Assembly (NCBI GenBank): GCA_964492215.1
Contig: CAZBJT010000001.1
Location: 1-25,305, forward strand
Reading direction: 5' to 3'
Length of the DNA stretch: 25,305 nt
Source: an uncultured Planctomycetales bacterium
Lineage (GTDB): Bacteria > Omnitrophota > Gorgyraeia > Zapsychrales > Fredricksoniimonadaceae
Positions 1 to 12,000 of this stretch are shown here, piece by piece. The first letter of the stretch is position 1; each line of letters starts with the position of its first letter. The notes under the pieces were generated by a model, which saw only the letters and a list, made by a program, of their open reading frames with translations, had not been told where the DNA came from and did not search any database. The position numbers and the translations under genes were made by a program.

Positions 1-3000
1 AAGATCGGATAAGCCTATCTTGATCCAATCCGCAGCTATTACATTAAAGCTATATAGATCTCTCTTGTATTTGGATTTTCCCTGCCCCATCCACGAGACT
101 AACGCTACCTGAGGCGTACCCGTTAACTCTACCAAGGTACATAACGCTTCTTCATCCGCTAAATAAAAGCGATCATCTTTTAATAAATGATGCTGAGCCT
201 CATGACGGGCAACTTGATAGGCAATATAGGCAAATAATTGTGTTGATGCAATAACAGGCAATCCTAATTTTTGTCGTTTATTTTCGATCATCTTTATTTC
301 ATGCCAACATTGCCGCACATCAACCACTGGCTCGGACCCATTAACCGTTAAACCCATAAACGATGCTCTTCCTTTAGTCGGGTATTCGGTCAAAGCAACC
401 CGCACTCGCTTATTTTTAGCGTCCGTATCAATATAAAAATGACCATATACATCTACAATATCAAATGTTAAATCGCTACCGTTAGCACAACAAATCAAGA
501 ATAGGCCCTGCGATTCCAAATACCTGTTAATAATAATTGTGCGACGGAGCAAAAAATTATCTCTTTTAAAGTCATCTTGCACCAACCTCTTAGCACCTTC
601 CCACAAATCCTGCACCTTATGCAATAAAAGTGCATCTTCCTTAAAATAGTTACGCATTTTCTCATCAGCCTGATCTGGAAAATCATAATGCACAATGATG
701 CCTTTTTTCTTACGTAATGATCTAGCTAATGAGGTTAATTTGATATTTTGTATAGGATGAAAGAATGGATTATCCAATACCTTGGCATAACGATGCGGCA
801 TGCGTCTGTTTAATCCCATGGTCATCAGTGTGCGCCCGAAGAGATGTTCATTCGCTTTGATCAATACTTGCAGGGACGGATTGTTTTGATATTCGGCAGT
901 GGCTTCAACATTGATAGGACGGCCATGGTTGGTTTGATGCCGCATGAAATTATTCATCCGGTGCACGGCCGTACGGTGTTCCGTAGAAAGATCGTGCTCG
1001 TCCATCCAAGCCAAGACCGCAGCAACGTCCGGATTATTATCATGCAGTGCTAAAAACTCCTCACGCGTAATGTCCCCATCGTGCAACCAGCGCTCTTCCC
1101 AAAGCGGGGCTTGTTCATAAATAACGGCCAACTGCTCCGCTTCTGTCCGGGCCATATTGTACCGGCGCATAAAATCAGCGGCCTGCCATTGTTTGGTCAG
1201 CCGGGCGTATTCTTCCACGGTCTTGGCAAAATACCTGGTTTTCCAATCATAGCCGGTGGATCGCGCACTTTTTAAAGCTGTGATATCACCGACGACGCAC
1301 ACTGATTCGTCAGCAAAACTGATGGCATCAATGAGCGGATCGATCTGATGGGTGTAACCGGCACGGGTAGGCTCTTTAGAACTGCGGGTCATGCCCACGA
1401 TAAGCACCGGCGTGCGCCTGGTTAAACCCTCCGGGATTGTCACCCGATTCGCAATAAAATCATGCAAATCCCCGGTGCTGCAATGCGCTGCAAGAGCGCC
1501 TTTCAAAAAGTCCTGCATCTGCTTGACCTGTTGAGGATAAAGGACAATAACGTGCATATCTAAGAGTGCCCTGCCCTGCTTTAAGAGCGACACGATCCGC
1601 CCCGCAATGACTTCCGCCTCATATTGATTAATGTATTGACCATCCACGACCGGTGCATCATATCGAGCCTCGCCGCCAATCACCGCTGTATCCACCACAT
1701 TAAACACCCCTGGATCAATGCGGCCGTAATGGTTGGCGCGTAGGCTCGGCTGATTACGCAGGCGGCCGACCAACTCACTGATGACCCAATGGCTTGGACT
1801 CAATGATGGCCCTGCCGGGCGTGCATACACCTCTTGCATTTTGCGGCGCACTTCAGCCACATAAAGGTTATATTGTTCTTTGCCGAGGCCTAATGGCTTA
1901 TCTAGGGAATGTTGGTAACGGGTAATTTCATCAAAATCATTTTCATTCAAGAGTCCGGCTTCGATAAACAAACGCATGCGGCGGCTCAAAGCGGAACCAA
2001 TGCGAAGAAAATGGGAAGAAAGCCCCAGGCCCTTGTTGACATTCCCTAAATAATTCCCCCAATTGATCCCAATGGCATTATCAAGAGAACTTAAATACGT
2101 ATTATTCAACCTTCCGATGATCTCTATCGGTGCTATCAGGGCCTTGGATTCTTCATTGATGGCAGCAACCAGCGCCCGGACCGCAGCTACCCGCACACGC
2201 GGATCCAGATTTTTCTCTACGGCGCGCAGCATAAATGGACTCAATGGCTGTTCGAATGCGTATAAAGTTTCTCCTAAGAACCGCAGTGGTACGCCGCCCC
2301 AAATGTCAAGCATCACATCTCTCAGGCAATTTCCCGATACCTGGGTAAACGGCACATTCCAGTCATCTGAAGGAAATTGTTCCTCTAAGTATGCGCGCAG
2401 TTCCAGCACTGAAGCAATATCCTCGCTGGCTTGAAGCTGGGCCAGGCGTTCTTCCAGATACCGGCGCCGATAGGCAAATGATGCTGATGCCCCGGCATTG
2501 ACATAGGTGCCGGGACCAAAAATTTCATCCACCATGCGCCCTATTTTCTTTCCAAACACGTCTACATAAAGCTTGTTCAATGCAGGCACATAAAGTTTGA
2601 AGATTGGACCTTTGTGCCAGGTGATGTGAAAAACAGTCAACTGTGTCGGGGAATCAATCAAAGAATCCGCATGCGGTAGTTCCTCTGGTTTCAAATACCC
2701 CAAGGTCACCAAATGGGCACGACGTTCCATGTATTGAGGCGAATAGAATTCCAATAAAGCGCATAAGGCTTCATACTGATCATTGGGGGCATCCCACCGT
2801 TTGGGATCGTTCCCATCAAACATCCACCGGGCCAAGACACGCGGTTTGCCGATGCTGAAACGTTCAATGACCAACGTAGGAAATCCCGCCATGATGATCT
2901 CCGGCAAATACACCCGATGGCGGACTAAATTGCGCTGCAGATTATGACTCAAATTATCGACGCGGGCATAGATGACCGCTTGAATACCTTGCGGCTGCAA

Positions 3001-6000
3001 TCGACCCCATGCCACCAGCTCATCGCGGACTTGCTTGATCAATGCTGCACGGGATACATCTCCGGTGCGCTGATGCGTAGGCTTCAAAACCGTTGCCAAT
3101 GTTTGGGGTAAATGGCCGTCGTGCATGGCATAAAATACATAGGATGCCTTTCCATTCGCCTGAGGAACAAAATCAGGGTCGATCAAATGTTCATGGCCGG
3201 ATGCCATTTGTTTCATCCTTTGGGCAATGGCATTTTGAACAGCGACCATTTTAGGCTTTCCCCCGCTCTTGTGTATTTTTTCCAATTCATCGATAAAAAA
3301 TGCATACTCGACGATCTCATTGAATAATTTATGCCACAAATCAAATAATTTGACCGCTTCACGATCAGTCATAAAAAGTTCGCGGCGGCTTTTCATGCGC
3401 ACGCGGCCTTCAAAAGGACTGTGCAGGAAACTCAATACTCGTCGTTCCTGCTCATATTTGATGTCTAATGCCTTGACCAAAGCAATCAATCTTTCTTGGT
3501 ATGGCGTTAGTTCACCCGCATGGACCTGTGCGTACCAGGCCACAAATTCCTTAATGTGCCGGTCTTCCTGTTCACCAATCAGTGTCAGATCTTTAAATGG
3601 CGGGATGTCGACATTAAAAAATAATAAGCCATGCTCCATCACCGGCAGCTTTATTCCCTGCGACGCCCGGGTGAATTCTGGGGAGGATGTTTTTTGCCAT
3701 TTGAAAAATGCATCAATTTTATCGTGCTGGTGAGCAATATAATGCTTAAGCGGGACAATGACTTGCTCACTGTATTTGCCTGCTTCTTTAATAGCCGCAA
3801 GGAAATCGTTCAAGGCGTGCGGCCTTCTTTCGCTTAAACCGGTGGGGTGATTTTCATCCAAGGCGTCATTATAAAATACGGCCAATGGGCATTTCTTCCC
3901 TTCAGCAGACAACAGGCTTAAGAAGTTGGCTTTAAATCCTTTCATCGTCGCTAAAAATTTGATTTCAGCACTGCAGGCCACAAATTCGGTATTGATCCTG
4001 TTAGGGTCATGCGGATCTCTCCAGTCAACTCCCGGGGCCCGGCTCATTAGAATCTCCGCCGCCTCATGCCAAAGCTTGGCGGTCAAATACACCACTAATG
4101 CCCGCCTTTGTTCATCACTGAATTTCTGCCAGAAGTATCCGTCACGGTCAAATATCTTCTTCCACTGGCCATTGATCTCGATTTGAAACGTACCATTACG
4201 CATACGGCGGGCCTGGGCCGCCACATGTACTGGCATTCGCGCCCACTTTAATAATTTTTCCTTACGCAATTTGTTTAATAAGTGCCGCATGGCATTTAAC
4301 GCCTGCCTGTGGTCTATGGCATAACCTAAAAATGGATTGTCCGGTATATTGATCAATTCAAAAGCTTCCTCCAATAACTCTTGATCGTCGATAGGAACGG
4401 CATTGTTTCCAACACCTTCATCTTCATAAGCTTCCTCGATATGATCTATCGTGATACCTTGGGAAGGACGCAGGGTAGATGTGACCGCCATGCCTCTTAT
4501 TTTTTTCACTATATCGAGCGGCAGGTGAAGTGTTGAGAGTGCGACGTCTGACATCTTGGCATAAAACATGCCGGACAAAGAAACCTGGTCTACGCCGGGC
4601 AATAAGCAGCCGCATTTCCACGCTGATTGCCTTAACAAAAATGCCGCCATGCGTGGATAAACCTTTAATATCTGGGTGACCGGCCCTAAAAAAGAGCCGA
4701 TGATCGGCAAGAAAGAAAAGGCGGCAGCCATGATGGCCGGTGACTTGCGCGTGACCCATAGGGTGATCCCCACCCGAATAGCCCCATTGAAGAAAACCCC
4801 CGCGACATACCATGGATTAAATCCGCCATGGATCAGCATCAGTATGGAAGCAAAATCAATGCCAGGGATTTTGATGAGATAAAATAAGAACAATGACAAT
4901 AATTCGATTAATTGCGGGTCTTTTAATTCAGCCCTGATCTCCGCCTCTTCTGCGACCGTGATCGTTCCATGAGACCTGGCTTTTGTGATCCTGTCGTCGA
5001 TCCATTTCCGGGTCAAAGTCTCTCGATAGCTAGGAATAAATACAATGCCATAAAAAAACAGCCCCATATCGTGCATGAGGTTTTCAATCCGTTGGGGCAG
5101 GCCTCTTAATACAGATTTCGATCGGATTTTAAAATCATGCCATAGGATAGGTAATTGTTTGTGTAAAAACCAATGGCGGTATTTATCGCGATTTATCTGC
5201 TCGCTCTGGCGCCATTGCTTGACCGACCATTCCAACCGGTCAATAACTGCGGCGGTGGCAGCATCCTTGGCTTGCGCGCGCAGCTTGATAAAATCAATGG
5301 CATCAGCGAACGGAAATAATCGCCAATGAGAAACCCACTTGTATATGTACCCCAGTTCAAGGGGCAGCATTAAAACCAATCCTCCAACCACACCTGGGAC
5401 GATATCCACTAAAACCATTTCACCTGTTGCCTCATTGATGAAAATATTACCCAAGGCATTAATGTTTAAAGGATCTGTCTGACGGGCCGTACCAAAAAAT
5501 CCGATGCCATCGAGGAATTTCTTGCGGCGGGATAATTCCGACAATGTGGTGGATAACTCACCCCAAAACGCCGGTGACGCCCTGGGCTGAATCTGTGGAC
5601 TGAATAAACGGGCCAATGGAAGATGAATACGGTTAAACCAAAAATCCTGGATCAGCGATGCATTAGGACTGGCCAAGCGCATGTGCCGGCCTTGCACAAA
5701 ATCATAAGCCTGCACGTAACTGTTAGTAGCTTCATCGAAACGTGTGTATATGACTCTCGGGGTAAGGTCTTTTCCCGTCTGGGCATGATAAAGGTCATTG
5801 ATCAACCCATTGGCAAAATGAGCGGTTAATACCGCGTACAAATTATGCCGATAGGCAAATGGTGCCTTCCGGATAAAACTATAAATCGTGTCCGCCACAA
5901 ACTTACCTAAGCCGGATTCCCTATCCATGCTGCCAAAATGCTTTTCAACATATTCCCGGCCTTGGGCATCTTTGACCAAATAAACAACCGAAGCCAACCC

Positions 6001-9000
6001 TGCCCCTAATTTCTTGATCACCGTACGTTCACCCACTGTGAAAGGATTACCTTTGGTATCAATGGCCCGGATGGTCGACGGCAGGATTTGATCAGGTTGT
6101 AAAATCGATTTTTTAGGTAATGCATATTCATCCGGCCAGCCAGAAGGAAATCCCACGGTCTGGACGGCTAAATCGAAATCAGCAAATTGCCCCGTAGGAG
6201 CTGCGACTGTTTGTGTGACAGGCTTAACGGTCTTAAACCCGAAGAAAATAAGCCCGCCATATAAGACAGCAGCGAGAATTAATAAAGCCACTGAGGCATG
6301 CGCTGCAAAAATAAAAACATTAAATACCGCCGTGGCAAATGCCAGCCATTTAGTCCACGGCTTTACGACCAATGCGGATTGATTATTTTGGTTTAGAAAA
6401 ATAGCTGAGGCAATAGCACTAAACGGCGAGATCATGCCCATCATGAATGTGCGGGTGGCTTCATTGGGGAAGAAATAAAAAACAAAACCGAACCAAATGG
6501 TCAAGACGATAAAATTCAACCGGGTCGCGTAAAGCATCCCCCGTGATTTCTCTTTAATGATGGCGCTCAATAAACCTTTTGTTTTGTGTTTGGCTTTGAG
6601 TTCTTCCCGCCGGCCCCAACTCTCCACCCAGCCATGCACAATCAAACTTAAAATAATGACGGAAATGGGTGACGTGGTGATTTGATCTGCCAGACCGCCC
6701 AGCCATAACGGCAGTGTTGCGGTCCATATCTCATAAGTCAGCGCCCAGAACCATCCCATGATGCCGACACTGAGCGGCAGCACCAACAGCTTCCACCGCC
6801 ATAAAGGTTTCCAGGTCACTTTTCCCTGCAGGCGCAAATGGATCAATTGGCCGATATATTCGCCTAATGTGATGAATATGGCCCAGCCGATGATCCCTTT
6901 AAGGCTGGCTACCATCAACAAGGCTTGCCACCCGCCTATATAAGAGAAGCCGGCTGGAAAAAACATTTTCTGAAATGATAATGGCTTGATTAGGTATTGA
7001 ATGAGTCCAAAGATGATCGCAATGGCCGTAAGGACAGTGGCGAAGAAGCGATCACCTATTTTTTGACGGGCGGCCTGGACTTTATGGTAGACACCCAGCA
7101 GCGGATTTCTTGAGACTGCTTGCTGCTGCATAGCTAATAGCGTCGGGTGTTCTGGAGTAAACAAGTGCGTGATATATGTATTTGTTACCGGTGTGCCATG
7201 CCATACGGCTTTGTTGTAGTCAGCATGGACTTTGGCGGCGGCCTTGATGCCTGCCCAGCGGACATCGGCCGGACTTTCTTGAGCAAGGAGTGCCGCTTCG
7301 CGCGCATGCTTATAGGCAAAGTCTGTGGCTTCACCTAAGGCTAAAAGTACATCAATTTGTGGGTTACTCGGATCTTTCACCCACCCTTGGTCTTTTACAT
7401 AGGCCTCAACATGGCCCAAAGCAAAATCCATAGGATTCCCACGTCTACCATTCTTGGCGGTGCGGTCGATCTCCTCTGTCAACGCAGCGACATCAAAAAA
7501 TTCATCCACCCTACCTTGTTTGATGGCCGACTCAAAGTCTTGCTTGTGTTTTTGCTGCAGCCCTAAGGGTGCAGTCCTTACTGCTGCACGCGCGGTAAGC
7601 AAATAAATAGCATATAAATGCGCTGTCTCAAAAGGCCGCACCCTTAATTTCTTCTGACTTAAAATCGCTGCGGTCAAATCCATGGCCCCATGAGAGCCGG
7701 CAACAACATACGGTTTATTCCAAGCCAATACTTTGGCCTGCGGCATGGCCTGGATCAATTGAACCGCACCCTGACCAAAACGATCCAAGGTTTTGCCCCG
7801 GCTGTCGCCATCATGCCTTTGCGTAAACGTGGGGCGGTGATCTTGTTCATAGGAATCCCGCCATAAAACAAAAGGCATGTTCCAAACTAACCGGTCAACA
7901 TCAGCCAATTCAGGACGCAAATGACCCTTTTCATCCACGATATTATCCGCCAATACTGCCTGCCTCAAGGGAATGCCCAAAAGCCGGGCCGTAAATTTGG
8001 TATTGGCTATCTCCATGGGATTAATACCCAATACACTGATGTCGCTTTTTCTTCCCCTTAATCCAAGGAAGACCGCCCAGGTATCAAAACCAGCACCGGG
8101 GCCTACAACCATAACATGATGGGATTCTTTTAAATCCAATGCTAAAGGTCGGTTGGCAACGATCGCGCTGTAATATTCCGCGTCTACATTTTCATCCCCG
8201 TTATTCTGTCCGAATACCGATGGAAAAATCGGAACAATGGCCCAGTGTGCACCATCATGAGCATCAGCCATGCCCCATTTAGATAATGCATCCATGCTTT
8301 TGGCCCATACTTGAAACTTGCCTGATTCAAGACATAGGCGCGTAAGGCGATAAGACAGATTACCTATACTCACCATATTAGAATCGACATTAAAATTGAC
8401 CAGCACCTCTTTTAATCGGCCCTGCATGAATATATATTCCTGATGATTGAGCCGCCAAATATTTTTAAATTGTTCATGGCCAGGCTGGGCTACTTCTGCG
8501 TGATAAGACGTTAAGTCAATGTAAACATTGTTAGGCTTTACCAGGCATCGCTTATCTGGAAAAATACCAAGCCAACGTCCGCACTCATCTTTGACTAACC
8601 AATAGGTCAAATAATGCTGATGGTCTTGCCCATAAAGCTCACGGGCCAGCCATGACCAGCCCGGGTGAGGTTTATTGCTGTTAGGCAATAACTTCTCAAG
8701 CGTGCATTCACCCACACGCAATGTTTGCAGGACATTCATGTGATTGAGTTGCAATGTTTCGGCGATGGCGGAGATTGGTGTGTCTTTAGACTGAAGATAT
8801 TGCACTGCTTGAGGTTTATTCTTATTATTAATCTGCGTAGTAATCATAAATGGGAGACTGGCAGCTAAAACTGCTCCTCCTGCTGCATGCATTCCCAGCC
8901 AAACATATGTAAATACAACTGCAATAGCGAAGAGTAGTTTTACCAATAACTTCTTATTAGTCTGCCTATGCATGGCATGACCTACAAACAACGGTTCAGC

Positions 9001-12000
9001 CCGCGGATTTTCTTTTCTCCACTTTTCCAAATCATTAATAATCTGCACATTCAAAAGATTAAGTATCCTGCAGCTGCCTCCTTCACGGGCCAGTCGAAAA
9101 GCCCGGGGAGAAAGGTAAAACTGTTTATTTTGCCAATAGGCATTCGCTTCGACCGGCTCCGCCGGACAAAAACCGAAATGCTTGGTTAACGTGTGCAATA
9201 AAAGAATATTTGCTGCTTCAGGATGGACACTCTTTACATCAGGATAATAATCAAAGAATAGATCTAATAAAAACTTCATCCGTCCCCCTCTAAAATCGGG
9301 GTCAACGTTGGCCCGGAGCAAAGCAAAAGCACCTTTATCATTCTTAACAGCACAAATAGTCATGGCTGGTCCGGACATACGGTCTGCAGAGCTTGGCTGT
9401 GGCCATAGTTCCAAATATCTATGTTCTTTCCCATCAATGACCGCCTCACGGGTGGTCACCGTAAGTTCATGCATCTGTCTGAATCTGTCCTGTACCTTAA
9501 TTGTGACGTGAGTGATCCTGGTTTTTCCAGATTTCAACTCTGCCTTCGCCAACTGCAAATTCCATTTGATTGATGATGTCTTTCCTACAAGATCTATCAA
9601 TAAAAACTCTGTTGCCTTGTCATATGATGTATTGAGGATGAATGAAAAGAGTTCCTGGATCTTCTGTAATGCGAGCTCTACTTCTACTAAGGAAATTTCT
9701 TTGTCCCTAGCAAGCAGAACATTCAATTCTTTCTGTAAAATAAGAAATCTCTTCTGCGTCTCTACGTGGCCAATCGCATCTGGGTTTGATCCGAACTTTT
9801 TTAACATTTGATCAAATACGAACTTAGCATGGGCTATTTTTCCAATGCTCTCTGGCAATACAAAAAGTAACGACACTTCGAAAGCCTTCAAGTCCCCCTC
9901 TTTAGCAAAAACCTCTAGAATGCCAGCCAAAATATTTGGAAGCATGATTGTGCCGATAAGAATGAAATAGGTGGCAGGAGAAATTAAAATAATGAACGGC
10001 AGGCAGAAGACAAAAATCGCAACGATGAAGTTTGCGATGAAACCGGCTAATAGCGGCGCACCGCGTATGCCATTGGCTTTACCTTCAAAGAAAACCGCTG
10101 ACCAGGTCTGTTGACGCCACAACTCTTTGAGGACTGCAATTTTCTGACCGCGCGGGGCGTTCCATAAAATCTGTACACTGGCAGCCAGCAAATGGCCCAA
10201 CTCATGCACGGGGGTGGCTAATGTCACCAAAGCTACAGTGCGCACTAACCGATTATATTTCCCACCTAATTGCACAACGTGAAGATTAGCATGACTTTCT
10301 AGAAACCCTTGAGCCCCTTCGTTCTTAACAATAGATTTACCGCTCTCCTGTGTCTTAGAAGACTGTGGTAATTCGATCCATCCTGCGGATTTTCGGCCGG
10401 GGTCAAAAGCCAGGATTACTGCATTTGATTCACCTTGCAGGTCATGGTCTACAACAAATAAAACAGGCCGTCGTAGAAGCTCAGCTTCACCACGGATAAT
10501 GCCCATTAATTCTCTTATATACACCTTATACAATTCTTTTTCCGGGGCCGATAATTCTTGCCTCGGACTAAATCCTGATTCTATTAATAGAGGATCACCG
10601 AATATGGTTTCCGCAACATGTCCTGAAAGAACGCCATGCAGCCATATCGACATACTAATTGAATCATTTTTAACTGTGATCCATTGATGCTTTTTAAATA
10701 TCTGCACTGTTTTGCTAGGGATAGATTTCTTGGGTAATCTTGAGAATATCTTCCTGGTAAACCATACTGATTGCCAACTCAGCCAATCGGCTTTATTTCC
10801 CGGTTTACCGGCATATTGCTTCATTTGGCGCATCCCTGCTTTAATGACTTGAGCGAAATGCTTATGTGCTTCTGGACTTAATAATGAAACAAGTACTTTT
10901 GCCCCATCGGAATAATCTTTCTCCAAACGCCATGAATACCAAACAATGTTCCAGAATTGATGAAACACAATCCGATCATTTAACTCAAAACCCCGAAGCA
11001 TTGTCCTTAAATCCCCAGCTGCCTTTCTAAAATCAGGGTCATGGGCATTAATATATTCTGTTTCGCCGGCCCATTTTTTCTCGCCCCAACATTCCTCTTC
11101 TTTCGACGCAGCGACCAATATTTCAACAAGACCCTCTTCTTCTGTTTGAGCCTTCAATACGGCCTGATAATGTTCCGGCAACATGCCTGGGGCGCTCAAT
11201 ACAGGCTGCATAAGGTGGGCATCAAAGAACTGCGCTGCCCGCCTAAACCCGCCTTCTCTATATATCGACGTAAAATAATGGTTCTGACCGCTGACAATCT
11301 CGACTTGAGGCGTATCAGTTAATTGGTAGCGTCTACCAATTAATTCTTGCATGGCTTTGATTTTGGGTTGGATGAGGCGATCTTCGCGGCCTAGGAGGTA
11401 AGAGAATCTCCCTGCATTTTTTTGTAAGCGTTGTTGCTCTTCGGGGGTTTTGGCGGTTAACCAGGGCATTTGTTCTTCTAGGGTGAGTGACGCATTAGGC
11501 TCAAACAGGGCACGGAAATGATGGGCGTAATTCTTATAGCCGCCATTGCCTTTAAAATAATAATCGTCGGGACTATTGTGTTCCCAATAGGACAGCACGT
11601 CATCTGATTGGGCAGCCATTTTGCGGCCGAACACGCCGCCTAAACTAAATCCGGCCACACCGATACGGCTGGCGTCGATCTGCGGGGTGACTCTTAAGAA
11701 CTCCATGATGGCCATGGTATATCCGCTCATAAAATCAGGACCATTGATGCGGCCCTGATTTCTGCCTTGGCCGGGGAGATCAGGACGCTGCTCGGCAATA
11801 CCTTTGCCGATTAATTCTTCTTCTAAAAGGTATAAATATGGGAATTCTTTATTGGCCATGATGCCGGGGAATGTGACGACAACAGCAAAAGGAGCTTTAT
11901 GTGATGTAGCCGCAGGGGTGATCAAATAGGCTGGGATATCAAGGTGTCCGTCAAATGGGATAGATGCCTGGGTCATCACCGGCGGCGAGCGGCCATGCAC

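Noticed and set aside
1050-1095. EF-hand-like DGDITREEF
   Set aside because: Loop positions 1 and 3 are Arg and Leu instead of Asp/Asn, so the canonical Ca-binding ligands are missing.
2160-2220. HEAT-repeat array (DPRVRVAAVRAL)
   Set aside because: Only one unit is visible; not enough to call an array.
3590-3650. ThrRS SAD-like 'EHGLLFFNVD' similarity
   Set aside because: Short, weak resemblance with no other synthetase motifs nearby.
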